From NCBI RefSeq assembly GCF_006345805.1, contig NC_043002.1, positions 73,408,001 to 73,472,000 of the forward strand: a stretch of DNA of 64,000 nt, given 5' to 3'. Under the pieces are notes generated by a model that was not told the origin of the DNA, made no database searches, and saw only the letters and a program-made list of their open reading frames with translations. The DNA comes from Octopus sinensis. Lineage: Eukaryota. This document shows, one piece after another, positions 38,608 through 51,296 of this stretch (position 1 is the first letter of the stretch; every line of letters begins with the position of its first letter). The position numbers were made by a program, and so were the translations under genes.

Positions 38608-38795
38608 ATACAGACATGTCATTTTTCACAGTTGGACCTATCAAAGATGTTATTCAAAAAGGGAGGCAACTATTTTTGGATCAAGGTGCTCAAAATATAG
38701 TAAAATCTGGTACAGTTCCTTACAACAGTAGTTTGGCAGTCAGTTATGGGAAGTTAGACAAAGAAAACTTCATAATGATGGGTCATTATGTACAG
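38608..38795 (+). CDS. Gene 2 exon: DTDMSFFTVGPIKDVIQKGRQLF...VPYNSSLAVSYGKLDKENFIMMGHYVQ (63 aa)
   Basis: Acceptor tttcattctttag|, donor CAG|gtttgt, phase 1/0. Aligns to gene 1 exon 3 (DV..KGR..F, PY...LA.S.GKLD.E.F..M.H). Confidence 0.88.
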
Positions 38796-38807
38796 GTTTG
38801 TATTTCG

Positions 38808-38851
<44 letters not shown>

Positions 38852-38899
38852 TAATTAATTAATTAATTCGTTTATTGGCCACAAAGGCTGACAAAAATA

Positions 38900-39123
38900 A
38901 TTGTACAACAGAACAATTAAACAAAAGGTTTAATGGGCATAGATTCGACGTCAGGCACAATAACAGTAGTTCGACAGAACTTGCTGAACATTTCGTTTCA
39001 AGCGGCTGCAATTTTGAAGAAGACTTGAAAGTGCATATTCTCAGAAAATATTCTGCACTTCTCAGAATGTATGAGGAGAAATATGTTTGCGGGTTATTAA
39101 TATCAAATTTATACAAAATTTAA
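38900..39123 (+). mobile_element. PLE GIY-YIG fragment in a gene 2 intron
   Basis: TTEQLNKRFNGHRFDVRHN..TELAEHF....CNFEEDLKVHIL. Confidence 0.6.
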
Positions 39124-39812
39124 TAATAAATCTCTGAACGAGATATATGCTTGCATACAGTTTTTCGAGATCAGTGACGAAAAGTTACTGGAAAAACCAT
39201 ATAAGGATTTGCATTGGGACTCCCTTCATCGAAAACCGGTGACTGACGTATGCTGAAGACAGGTAAATATCTAGAAACTGCAGTCCGTGCGTATCACTTA
39301 GGTTGACGAGGGAGGGATGACCTCCCTTTGCAAATACCATAAGGGCACAGAAAGTGTGCCTAAAGCCAGCTGGAGACGATGTTCTCGTGGGGCTACAAGC
39401 TACAGTAACACCCACCCTTAGCGGTTAGCCATATTGAGATGGCAAGTATACCTCATATTATACAAAATTGTTTGATTAAATATCTTTCTTTTTCTTTTTT
39501 CTGTCGTCTTCTTTTTTCTGTTTTTTTTCTGTCTTTTTCTTTTTGCCTGTTATAAAATTGAAGCTTAAAAACTGATGATGGCATTCCATCAACGTATGGA
39601 CGCTGGTTGCTCTCGTTCATACTTTACGTTTAAATTTCTATAATTTTGAATTTTTATCACTTCTTATTTTGAACTTGACAAAGACAGACTTACTGTTGAA
39701 ATATCGTTCAACCAATAAAATATCTATTACAATCGAATCGCGCTTTTCGCCTTGACTGTTTACTTTTGTGAAGTGTTACGTCAATCCTTTTTAAAATATA
39801 ATAATAATAATG

Positions 39813-39859
<47 letters not shown>

Positions 39860-39961
39860 CTTTTAATGCTTTACTTCTACAGAGATGATAAATTATTATC
39901 TTGACAGAATGATTTTTCATCTCCCAACAACCAAACAGAAAACCGCTGCTTAAATGTTAAA

Positions 39962-40550
39962 CCCTTTAACTGTGAAATTAAATTTCATATTCTGTTGTGT
40001 CTGGGGAAACTCATTCTCTTTTAGTGCCTTATTATTTAACACACTCACCTGTAAAATTTCCACTTATTTCTTATTTTTATTTTCTAAAATTTTCGTTGCG
40101 TCTTGCAACCTTTTCAATAGTCTCAATATTTTCAATAGACTCAAGACTATTGAAAAGGTTGCAAGACGCAACGAAAATTTTAGAAAATAAAAATAAGAAA
40201 TAAGTGGAAATTTTACAGGTGAGTGTGTTAAATAATAAGGCACTAAAAGAGAATGAGTTTCCCCAGACACAACAGAATATGCTTCAACACACGAACTCAT
40301 ATAAAGAATCTTGCAAACCAAATCCAAAAACGAAATATTAAATTTCATAGTTATTCCAGTAATGATAAAAAAAAAAGAATTTATATTTCTTGAAAGTTAC
40401 TTTGCTTCAATAAACTTGGCATATCTCAACAAAAATTAGCTTCAAACTTAACAATCCTCAACAAAGGATAGATTGGTGCATAAAGATGCTCTCCGCAGTT
40501 AAGGGTGATGAAATTTTGAGTGGATGTGTATGATATCTACAGTAAAAGGG
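39962..40550. mobile_element. piggyBac-like non-autonomous element containing a perfect 138-bp palindrome
   Basis: Termini TTAA(A)CCCTTTAACTG ... CAGTAAAAGGG-TTAA. Internal perfect inverted repeat at 39986-40123 / 40144-40281. Confidence 0.55.
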
Positions 40551-42079
40551 TTAAAAGCAATCTAAAACTCATAACAATTTCACTGTAATCGTAGAATAAT
40601 TATATCATTAATAAGAACAACAAAAGAAACGGTAATAACAAAAGCAACGCTAATACTGTTGTATCCTTGGAGAGGTATTATGCTAATACTAATCTTTTAA
40701 ATAGGCATAAGGTCAGTTAATTAGGAGGGTTTAGCCAATAAACCCTAAAAATCAACCCTAGTACTTTATTTTATCAATCTCGGAAAGATGGAAGACAAAG
40801 AATCGGGAGAAATACTGCAGGGCAGCTTTCCTGATCCTCTAACGCTTTGGTCACTCCACCGTCTTCAAATGTTTTCTGATTTATGTAAAAGGCCAGCAAT
40901 TTGGAAGAAAGGAGACCAGTCAGTACCATTAACCTCAATACTCGGCTGATGCTTCATTTTATTGATCCCCCCCCCCCCATCAGGATGAAATACAATGTAG
41001 CCCTCGGTAGAATGTGAACTCAGAAGAAATAATGTAAAGCAATTTTAACGACGCTCTAATAATTCTTTCTAATTTTGGTAAAAGACCAGCTATATCGACC
41101 CTAGTGCTCAGCTGGTGCTTATTTTATTGATTCCGAGAGGATGAAAGACAAGGTCGACCTCGGTGGAATCGAAACTCAGAACGTGAAGACGGACGAAATG
41201 CTGCTGAGCATTCTGCCAGACTGCCGCTTTAGCCGACGCTCTAATTATAATAATTGTTTCTGATCTAGGCATAAGACCAGCAATTTTACGGGGAGGGTGT
41301 TACTCGATTAAAACAGGACAATGTAGCTTAGTCAAAATATTGATGGCTAATTGAAATAAACTAGATGGGATATAGGGCCCATGTTGGACAATAAGGTAAA
41401 GGAAGTTCTCTAAGGATTTGAGTATCTTATATACCAAAGAACAAATTACTGCCAAGACCGGATTGAAGTTTAGAAAATAATCATAGATCACATGTATAAA
41501 TAAATAATCAGTGTGTGTGTGCGTGTGCGTGTGTGTGCACGCGTGTGTGTGTGTGAGAGAGTGAGAAGGGGGACAAAACGAATTGCAATGAAAAACAGCA
41601 TATTAATAAACAAAATCCTCTGGAGAAACTGAGAGTATTCTAACAACTTAACTTTGCTAAAAACGAATCAAAGTTGAGATGATGCGCATGATCATTCTGA
41701 ACCCGTTCCAGCAGATTTAAGCACAAATATGTTAATCGCTGTTGCATTTCGCCATCAGAGTACAACTTCTCCCTTCAGGCGATATATGTTGACAAAACAC
41801 TCGATTCAGTGGTGGGGTGGACTTTGAGATGTCGTTGTTTCGATATAACTTTGTCTCTTCAGTCAAAGTTATCCCTGGATTTCTAAACCAGCAAAGAAAT
41901 TATTTGCTGATGCGTAAAACAACGAGAATCAAAACGAAGACTAAATACAACAGCAATTATCATTTTCACGTGCAAATCTACTTGCGTAGATTAAGAGTAC
42001 AAATATGTACATCATTCTCACCATTTAATTCAATAATTGTTTTTGTATTTTTAATTATTCCTCCTTTCCTTAATTTTAG

Positions 42080-42244
42080 GTGATGATGGTTATATGCAAG
42101 GATATTCTTCTGGGTTACAGCGAAGAAAATCCAATTCAAATAAAAGATTTCATTCACCAAATGAAACATTCGGGGCTTCTCCAAGTCGCTGACAGAACGC
42201 AAATACAACAAATAAGCATTGATTTTCTAAGTCCTGACAAAATG
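42080..42244 (+). CDS. Gene 2 exon: VMMVICKDILLGYSEENPIQIKDFIHQMKHSGLLQVADRTQIQQISIDFLSPDKM (55 aa)
   Basis: Acceptor tttccttaattttag|, donor ATG|gtaagt, 165 nt, phase 0/0. Positional equivalent of gene 1 exon 4. Confidence 0.85.
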
Positions 42245-42913
42245 GTAAGTTCATTTCATTAAAATAATTGAAAGCATCCTAGTTGTTTATTCTTCTGTTG
42301 TCAACTTTCCCGAGGTCAACTTTACCCTTCATCCTTACTGGGTCGGTAAAATAAGTACCTGTTGTACACTGGGGTCGATATAATCGACTAACCACCTCCC
42401 TTCCCCCGAAATTTCAGATCTTGTGCCTATAGTTGATAGAATTATTTGTTCTATAAGAAGCTGGTCATCTGACCAGTGGAAAAATCGTTAGAGCGTAGGA
42501 AAAATTCTTTTTTGTTTTTCATTTTTGGCATTTTTCCAACTCGTTAAATTCTGAGTTCAAAGGTCAAACTTGACTTTCATCCCCGTAAAATTGCTGTCCT
42601 TATGCCTAAATTAAGAAAAAAATCATTGTTACTATTATCAAGGTGGCAAGCTGGTAAAATCTTTGGCGCATGAGACAAAATGCTTAGCAGCATTTCTTGC
42701 GGTTCTTTACATTCCGAGTTGAAATTCCGTCGGGGTTGGTTTTGTATTTCATCCTTTTGAGATCGATAAAATAAGTACGACTTGAGCACTGGAGCCGATG
42801 TAATCAACTTAACTACTCCCCTAAAATTGTTGACCATGTGCCAAAATTTTAAACCATCATTATTATTGTTATTGCTGTTGTTCATGTTGTTGTTGTTATT
42901 TATTGTTTTTAAG

Positions 42914-43105
42914 GCTGAAAGGCTACAAAACAGATATCAGCAGGATTTAGTGAAAAAGGAGGACATATTACAAGGTTTTGGACTGGAATTACAAGATTTT
43001 GCCAATATTATTTCTACTGCAGATACCGACGAAATTTTAAACAACCAGACTGTACTTGACATCAACTTGTTAGTACTTCCTGCGGACTTTGATGATCATT
43101 TGAAG
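42914..43105 (+). CDS. Gene 2 exon: AERLQNRYQQDLVKKEDILQGFGLELQDFANIIST...VLDINLLVLPADFDDHLK (64 aa)
   Basis: Acceptor tattgtttttaag|, donor AAG|gttagt, phase 0/0. Homologous to gene 1 exon 5. Confidence 0.87.
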
Positions 43106-43366
43106 GTTAGTACTTGAATAATTCAAACGCTAGATTTAAATAATTTATATTAATTCTAGATCACACATCCTTGTTTAATTCGTTGCTAGAGTCAAACACT
43201 TTCCTGTACACTTTAGGAACTTAGAAGTAGAAAGCGGAAGCTGTGATGGAAGATGTTGGAAAGGGAAGGGAAAAGTATTATAAGGAGAGGTAGCATATAC
43301 GGACGTACAGACAGACAGATAGATAGATAGAGAGATAGATAGAGAGACAGATAGAACGGCAGAGAA

Positions 43367-43425
<59 letters not shown>

Positions 43426-44258
43426 TATCAGCTTATTGTCGAGTAGAGAGTGAAGTATAAAAAGGAATAACAGAAAGACTTAGAGTGAAATATATAGTAC
43501 AAGTAAGTGATAAGAGTTGGAAAAAGGGAAGATAAAGTTCTACCATTGAGATATAATGTGATAAGGGGGGGTAATGTGATAAAATAACATAGATATAAAG
43601 AGTAAGTGAATGAGTGAGTGAAAGAAAAATATTGGTAGAAGAGAGTAAGAAATCCGTCTGATAACGAAGTGCCTGAAGAAGCGAAGTGAAGGCAGATTTT
43701 AAGAGAGAGAAGAAAAGCGGGTTCGTTATATTTAATAAGAGAAAAATTAGTGATCGATTGAGCGAGCGAGTGAGTGAGAATAATAGAGGAGAGCAAGGGT
43801 GTGAGAATGTGAGACTGATCGACTTCGAACTGCAGAATGAAAAGGGAGATTATCTTCTGAAAAAAGTCAATACTCTACCTACAGGAATTGATGTGAAGAA
43901 TTGGTCGGCAAATACAGCGCATAACATAGGGTTTAAAAAACCCTTGAATGAAAAAAGACAGACAGCTACCTTCGGAACTCGAACCACGCATCTATTGTAG
44001 CCCAGCGTGTGTAGTTTACGTATATGTGTAGACCGAGTCTGGCAGATATCTTATATTTTGATGGGTTTTCTTTTCCGTCAAAGGGATTAGCATTTGAGAT
44101 ATATGGTTGTAGAAAACTTATTAGTATATATAGCATTCAGTACATATATACTTACGAAGTCCATTATTTTTACGTTGTATACTTTGTGTGAAATGTAACT
44201 TTTTGTTTGTTCCTATATTTTCTCAAAACAGTAAAACAAGCATAGAGTCATTTATTCG

Positions 44259-44649
44259 TTTCTACTTAGGCACAAGGCCCGAAATTTTGGGGGAGGGGGC
44301 AATCGATTACATCGACCCCAGTGTGTAACTGGTACTTATTTAATCGACTCCGGAAGGATGAAAGGCAAAGTAGACCTCGGCGGAATTTGAACTCAGAACG
44401 TAGCCGCAGACGAAATACCTATTTCTTTACTACCCACAAGGGGCTAAACACAGAGAGGACAAACAAGGACAGACTTACGGATTAAGTCGATTATATCGAC
44501 ACTAGTGCGTAACTGGTACTTATTCAATCGACTCCGAAAGAATGAAAAGCAAAGTCGACCTCGGCGGAATTTGAACTCAGAACGCAGCGGCGGACAGAAT
44601 ACCACTTAGCATTTCGCCCGGCATGCTAACGGTTCTGCCAGCTCGCCGA
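44259..44649 (-). mobile_element. SINE family C with target-site duplication, in the last intron of gene 2
   Basis: Flanked by the direct repeat AGCATAGAGTCAT(T/G)TATT at about 44239 and 44653. Confidence 0.85.
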
Positions 44650-44768
44650 CTTAGCATAGAGTCATGTATTGATAAACGAAATTTAAAAAAATAACACAAT
44701 CACATCCATATTTCAATTTTTTAATCTATTTTAACAACTGTTCCAGTCTTTCTTCCTTTTCTTTTCAG

Positions 44769-44969
44769 GTACACCACCTAGAATTTGAAATTCATAGACA
44801 ATCATATCATGCCCCAGGATTTGAAACAAACCAAAATTTCGTCAATGGTACATTTTACAGCATTGAGTTTGAACCGAATGAAGACGCAATCGATCAACAG
44901 AACCCGGAATCATATCAAGTGCCCGTAGTTAACATGTTAACTCATATGCCTTCCAAAGACGAACTATAA
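44769..44969 (+). CDS. Gene 2 terminal exon: VHHLEFEIHRQSYHAPGFETNQNFVNGTFYSIEFEPNEDAIDQQNPESYQVPVVNMLTHMPSKDEL*
   Basis: Acceptor ttttcttttcag|, 201-nt open frame missed by the ORF track, stop TAA 44967-44969. Aligns to gene 1 exon 6 (GT..S..F.P..D.ID...P......V.N.L). Confidence 0.88.
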   Translation, partial: VHHLEFEIHRQSYHAPGFETNQNFVNGTFYSIEFEPNEDAIDQQNPESYQVPVVNMLTHMPSKDEL

Positions 44970-44998
44970 ACTTTTTATAGAATATTTTTATTCTTCTT

Positions 44999-45086
<88 letters not shown>

Positions 45087-45087
<1 letters not shown>

Positions 45088-45504
45088 CTTTTCTTGTCTT
45101 TTTAGGAATATGAAATTACAAGGAGGAGAGGATTTCCAGTCCATTCGCTCCCGCCCCTTTTAGTCGCCTCTTATGCCACGCAGGGAATACAGCGACTGCA
45201 TTGTACCAGTCTCCCACCCCAGTCGCAGTGGGTTTGCTAGTTAACCCATAGCTGGGACCACTCCGGGCCAGAGCAGACCTGGCAACAGCAGTGGCTAAGT
45301 GGTGGTTCCACACTCCTCAAACCCTGAAATCAGAGCCCCAAGGTCCCAATACCGGATGTAGTTTATAGTTATACCCAAGCATAGAACAAGGCTCACCTTT
45401 TCGAACTAGAAAATGAATGGAATGACTCGTGTGTGTTTTGTTGTTGCTACCGACTCCTAAAAATGAGGATTAGGCCTGGGTATATAAAAATTTTATTATT
45501 ATTA

Positions 45505-45544
<40 letters not shown>

Positions 45545-46012
45545 TTATTATTATTATATTATTATTATTATTGTTGTTGTTGTTGTGTTGTTGTTGTTGT
45601 TGTTGTTGTCTTTTCTTGTCTTTTTAGGAATATGAAATTACAAGGAGGAGAGGATTTCCAGTCCATTCGCTCCCGCCCCTTTTAGTCGCCTCTTATGCCA
45701 CGCAGGGAATACAGCGACTGCATTGTACCAGTCTCCCACCCCAGTCGCAGTGGGTTTGCTAGTTAACCCATAGCTGGGACCACTCCGGGCCAGAGCAGAC
45801 CTGGCAACAGCAGTGGCTAAGTGGTGGTTCCACACTCCTCAAACCCTGAAATCAGAGCCCCAAGGTCCCAATACCGGATGTAGTTTATAGTTATACCCAA
45901 GCATAGAACAAGGCTCACCTTTTCGAACTAGAAAATGAATGGAATGACTCGTGTGTGTTTTGTTGTTGCTACCGACTCCTAAAAATGAGGATTAGGCCTG
46001 GGTATATAAAAA

Positions 46013-46022
<10 letters not shown>
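45087..46022. repeat. Apparently exact tandem duplication, 522-bp period, bounded by (TTA)n/(TTG)n
   Basis: Identical translations at 45116-45313 and 45638-45835 (offset 522). Confidence 0.9.
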
Positions 46023-46060
<38 letters not shown>

Positions 46061-46076
46061 CATCATCATCATCATC

Positions 46077-46116
<40 letters not shown>

Positions 46117-46129
46117 TATTATCATTGTC

Positions 46130-47000
46130 TTTGCACAGCTTCTAACATTGGAGATGCACTACGGTGTCAGCTATTCACTACCACAGAACTAAAGTAACAC
46201 CCCTTATTTTTCGAGCACCATCCGGAGTATTCGAGCGGTTCCAAGCAGTGCTCCACTCTTATTGCAGCCCCTATTTTTTCCATGCACTTCTGAAGATTTT
46301 TACGCACTCTTCCCAGGGCTCCGACAATTATTGGTACTACTATCACCTTTTTCGGCGACCACAACAGCTTAATCTCCCAAGCTCACCTGTCATATCTGTC
46401 GGCTTTTCTTTCTTCCTTATCGCATACCTTGTTGTTAGCTGGGCATGCTATATCTAAGATCGAGCATCGTTTGTTTTCGTTCTCAATTAACACTATGTCT
46501 GGTTTTCTATCCTATATCTCATGGTCGCACTGAATCATAAAATCCCATAGGATTATCATTTTCGATGATGCCTTCGGGTTTATGTTCGCACCAATTTTTT
46601 GCTCTGTGTAGTTAATACTTGTTGCCAAGTGTCCAATGGACAAGCCTTCCTATATTGTCGTGACGTGTTTTATATTCCTTCAGGGCTAGTGGCTGGTAAT
46701 ATGCCATACGGTTTCATCATTTTGTCCACAAATTCTGCACTTATCACTTTCTGATGTGTTGTCTATTCTGTATTTGATGTAATTCATTCTTAATGCTTGC
46801 TCTTGGGCAGCACAGATTAGATCCTCCGTTTCCGGTTTTAAATCACTTTTAGTCATCCATAACCATCCGTCATGTATTCGCTCTCGACTTGCACTCAGTT
46901 TGATAACAACACCCTGCGCATCGGTTTTATCAGGAGGCTCGGCCTCCAGATCCGTGAGAACCACAAATGTCACTGTTAGGATCGGATTAACACCCATAGT
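46130..47000 (-). mobile_element. R4/Dong-like (RLE-type) non-LTR retrotransposon 3' fragment
   Basis: LKPETEDLICAAQEQAL..CRICGQNDETVWHITS (zinc knuckle), RHD motif, VPIIVGALG. The 3' end abuts (TGA)n(TAA)n. Confidence 0.8.
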
Positions 47001-48151
47001 GACCCTAATGACTAAAAAGATTTTCCTGCCTCTAATTAACATATTTTTTTGTTTTCTTCCAACCACTTGAAGGTTTATCTTGCCCCAGTCCACTCAGCTG
47101 ACCAAAATGAGTCGTAGCTGTAATTTAAAGGGACCAGTCGTGTCGTATTCTGTGTGAGGGTGGATCTTCCTGGGAACTACGTTAACGGTATGCATGTCTG
47201 TCGAGTACTCAGCCACTTGCGAGTTAATTTTATCCTCGTGTGGTAATGAAAAGCGAAAGTGACATCCAATATTGCTATAGTTGTCTTTGATTTAACAATA
47301 TATCTATCTTTCAACTTTTCTTTCGATCTATGTATCTACTGTCTCTCTCACTTCCTCTGTGTTCCTCCTCTCACCGCTTCTGTCTATTATATATCCTTGA
47401 GTTCACTCGAAAAGTGAAACAGATGATATGGTAGAAGATACTCGTCCAAAATGTAATGCTTTAAGATTGAATTCGGAACCATGTGGTTACAAAACAAACT
47501 TCTTTACTATGTGGCAGCGGCAGTGCCCAACAAAATATTTAAAATTATATATACGAATTATTGTAATCACATTCATGAAATGCTGTAATATTTTTCTCTT
47601 AAATAAAACGTATTGACATTAGATAGAAAAATTTGTGATTGATTTCAACGATTTCTTCCCTTGTTTTGCATGGATTCGCCATTTTCTATCATGGACAAAG
47701 CTATCGCAATTTTTGACGATACGGAATTACTAGTAAATCATATGCGCGCGTCTATTGTGTGTGCATAAAATCCATACATGGTTTTAAACGGAAAAATTAC
47801 CCAACTCAGATGAACATCTATGTAAAATGGATCCTGATTAATCTAAATATGAATTTTTTCTTCTAATTCAAGATCTCCTTTGGCTACAACCCAACAAAAA
47901 TGTATTCAGTGAAACCTTTTTCTATACAAAAGATTCGAACAAGAATGTGATCATTTTTTCTCCATATTTCCTTTTCACTTGTACTATATACGTGAATCTT
48001 ATGAATACGCACACCAATATATCTATGTGCTTTCAGAAAAATTATAGTATGAAGACATTTCTACTGTAATTTTATTTCCATACATGTAAATACATAGAAT
48101 AAAACTCTTTTCCTCCTTATGTTAAAAATCTTGTTTTAATTACACTATATA

Positions 48152-48196
<45 letters not shown>

Positions 48197-48583
48197 ATAT
48201 ATATTATATATATATATATATATATCGTGGCACTCCGTCGGTCACGACGACGAGGGTTCCAGGTGATCCAATCAACGGAACAGAACAGCCTGCTCGTGAA
48301 ATTAACGTGCAAGTGGCTGAGCACTCCACAGACACATGTACCCTTAACACAGTTCTCGGGGAGATTCAGTGTGACAAGGCTGGCCCTTTGAAATACAGGT
48401 ACAACAGAAGCAGGAAGAAAGAGTGAGAGAAAGTTGTGGTGAAAGAGTACAGCAGGGTTCGCCCCCTCCCTGCATGAGACTCGTGGATCTTTAGGTGTTT
48501 TCGCTCAATAAACACTCACAACACCCGGTCTGGGAATCGAAATCGCTATCCCACTTTCACTGGGCCATTGCACCTCATGTATA

Positions 48584-48808
48584 TTCTTCTCTCATTCCAT
48601 TTTTAGTTCGTCATGCCGTGCTGACTGTACCTGTTGACTGAACCGAGACGTTAGATGTTTATTTTTCACCAGATGAAGTAGTTTTTTTTGTTGATCTTAA
48701 CATCATGGAACAATACTATATATATATATATAAACATCTAACGTCTCGGTTCAGTCAACAGGTACAGTCAGCACGGCATGACGAACTAAAAATGGAATGA
48801 GAGAAGAA
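48584..48808. repeat. Perfect inverted repeat, 79-bp arms with a 67-nt spacer
   Basis: 48584-48662 versus 48730-48808. Confidence 0.9.
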
Positions 48809-49149
48809 ACGAGAAAAGGCGAGAAGGAAGTATTTAGAAAAAGTGGAACGTTGAAAAACCGGAAAACGATAAATAAATCAGGAAGAAGCAAAAGCGGAAA
48901 AAAATATTATCTCCCTTAGACCAATAAATTTACAAGGCTGAAAAAATAGCGGCTCGAGTTTATGGTACAGTTATAAATCAGATACAAGAGCAGCTTCACA
49001 ATTCTTCAACAAGAATGTAGACATATGCTTACAACCGCTGAAAAATTCAGATCTAGAGTTCAGCAGTGAGTTAGGGATCTTAAATCTGAAAAGGATCTGA
49101 ACTCTTTCAGCTAAACATAACTTATATTTTTTGATCCTTTAACATATGG

Positions 49150-50030
49150 TGTGGATTTTTCGATTATTTTCCACTTTATGGTATGCGATGTTGCGTTAGA
49201 TTTTAAACTCCATACGTGTGTAGCCAACTTAGTAGCCTTGCCTTTATCCATATGTCGAAAGGAAGCTATTTTATTAGTATAGCAATTTTTAAATTACCCT
49301 TCACATAGTCCGACATAGTTCTTCTTAACTATTGTGTTATCATTTAGCGTTGCAGTAACTTCTGCCTCATATACGATGGATTTAATCATACAACGCTGGT
49401 CAAGTGGACAGGTTCCTAGATCTTGACAATTACAATTAGATTTAGGCTTTTGGTGTTGGCCTAGTGTAGTGATATTGTTCATATTGGGGCAGCAGCTATA
49501 TGATAATTTCACAGATTGAAAGTTTCCTATACCCGTGATTTTCCTGAAATTGTCTAGCAGAGTTAGTTTTTACGTTAAGGGAAAAGGGAGGAGCGAACCA
49601 ATAAATTTCCCTTAGTCTCGTTGTGAGATTTAAAAATAGTAAATTTCTTTTTGGTCTATTATTATTATTCTGATTAATATTAAAGGAGTCATATACTAAT
49701 AAATCTTTAAAGACGTATTTGGCTTGGGCATTGTTATAGTAGGGGGCTGCTTTGTCGAAAATTTCTTTAGAGAAAGAGTGGTTAGACACGCTGTTGATGA
49801 TATGAGCTATCAGGTTTTTGAATATTACAGGAGGGTGACAAGACAGTTTATGTATATAGGCGTCTCTTTGTCTTTGTATTAAATACATTGAGATCTAAGT
49901 ACCCATCTCACGACGTTGGTCTATACCAAACCGACGGTTTGGGTATTTCCCATGGCTGTGTTAGTCACACCCTTGATAAATTTAGAAAGCAATTCATTTC
50001 TAGCTTCTGTCAATGAGGCTTTAAAATCAC
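49150..50030 (-). mobile_element. Penelope-like element fragment (RT thumb plus GIY-YIG)
   Basis: YIHKLSCHPPVIFKNL..SNHSFSKEIFDKAAPYYN..WFAPPFSLNVKTN and CNCQDLGTCPLDQRCMIKSIVYEAEV...NYVGLCEG. Confidence 0.82.
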
Positions 50031-50237
50031 AGTAGCTACTAATCTGTCTATAGTTAATTTTTTAGACCTTTCCCTAGACCTGAACACCTGCTCTTATAAA
50101 CTTTTCCGAAAGCCTAACGAGAAACTCACATAAGCAGTCGCGTATAGTACGATGCAAGAGGAAACGATAAGAAGTGTATAAAGACATAAGCGACAAAGAA
50201 ATAGTTTGATGAATTTTTATTTAAAAATAAGAAAAAT

Positions 50238-50600
50238 TTAATATCACGACTAATTGTTTCGTAACTTAAATACATGCAAATAATTTATCTCATATTTAAT
50301 AATAAATAAATTACTAACATGTCTGCATTAATGCAAAATGCAAAATGCAAAACTCCTTCAAAATAATGTAGAATTTAAGCTACGTTCTCAAGTGAAAGAA
50401 AGTCGTTTTATTTTATATTTTTATTCATTTATTGACAAAGACTTTCTTTCACCTGAGGACGTAGCTTAAATTGTGCATTACTTTGAGGGATTTTTTGCCC
50501 TTTGCATTAATGCAAACGGTTAAGTAATTTATTATGAAATATAAAAATATAAATTATTTACATACATTTCAATTACGAAACAGTTTGTTGTGGTATTAAA
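50238..50600. repeat. Head-to-head inverted pair of degenerate PLE pLTR-like units with hammerhead-like cores
   Basis: Arms at about 50238-50404 and 50440-50600. The right arm has CTGAGGA 50453-50459 ... GAAA 50577-50580. Confidence 0.6.
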
Positions 50601-50643
50601 ACTTTCCTATTGTTGTGATATTAAAACTTTCCTATATATATAT

Positions 50644-50701
<58 letters not shown>

Positions 50702-50718
50702 ATGTATGTATGTATGTA

Positions 50719-50770
<52 letters not shown>

Positions 50771-50822
50771 TCTTTTAACTTTTATTTGTTTTAGTAGACC
50801 GGTTTACTCTCTTTTTTTTTTA

Positions 50823-51025
50823 CTCTCTTTTACTTGTTTCAGTCATTTGACTGCGGCCATGCTGGAGCACCGCCTTTCGTCGAGCAAATCGACCCCGGGA
50901 CTTATTCTTTGTAAGCCCAGTACTTATTCTATCGGTCTCTTTTGCCGAATCGCTAAGTGACGGAGACGTAAACACACCAGCATCGGTTGTCAAGTAATGC
51001 TAGGGGGGCAAACACAGACACACAA

Positions 51026-51124
<99 letters not shown>

Positions 51125-51296
51125 ACATATATACGACAGGCTTCTTTCAGTTTCCGTCTACCAAATCCACTCACAAGGCATTGGTCGACCCGGGGCTATA
51201 GCAGAAGACACTTGCCTAAGGTGCCGCGCAGTGGGACTGAACCCGGAACAATGTGGTTGGTTAGCAAGCTACTTACCACACAGCCACTCCTGCGCC
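50823..51296 (-). mobile_element. SINE family A, full length
   Basis: Reverse complement of 17831-18292 with an internal (TA)n tract. Confidence 0.85.

Noticed and set aside
45130-45200. Ribozyme-like motif AGTCGC..CCTGCGTGGCATAAGAGGCGACT (minus strand)
   Set aside because: It forms a 7-bp hairpin seen in retroelement-related repeats, but I could not fit it to an HDV, twister or hammerhead consensus.
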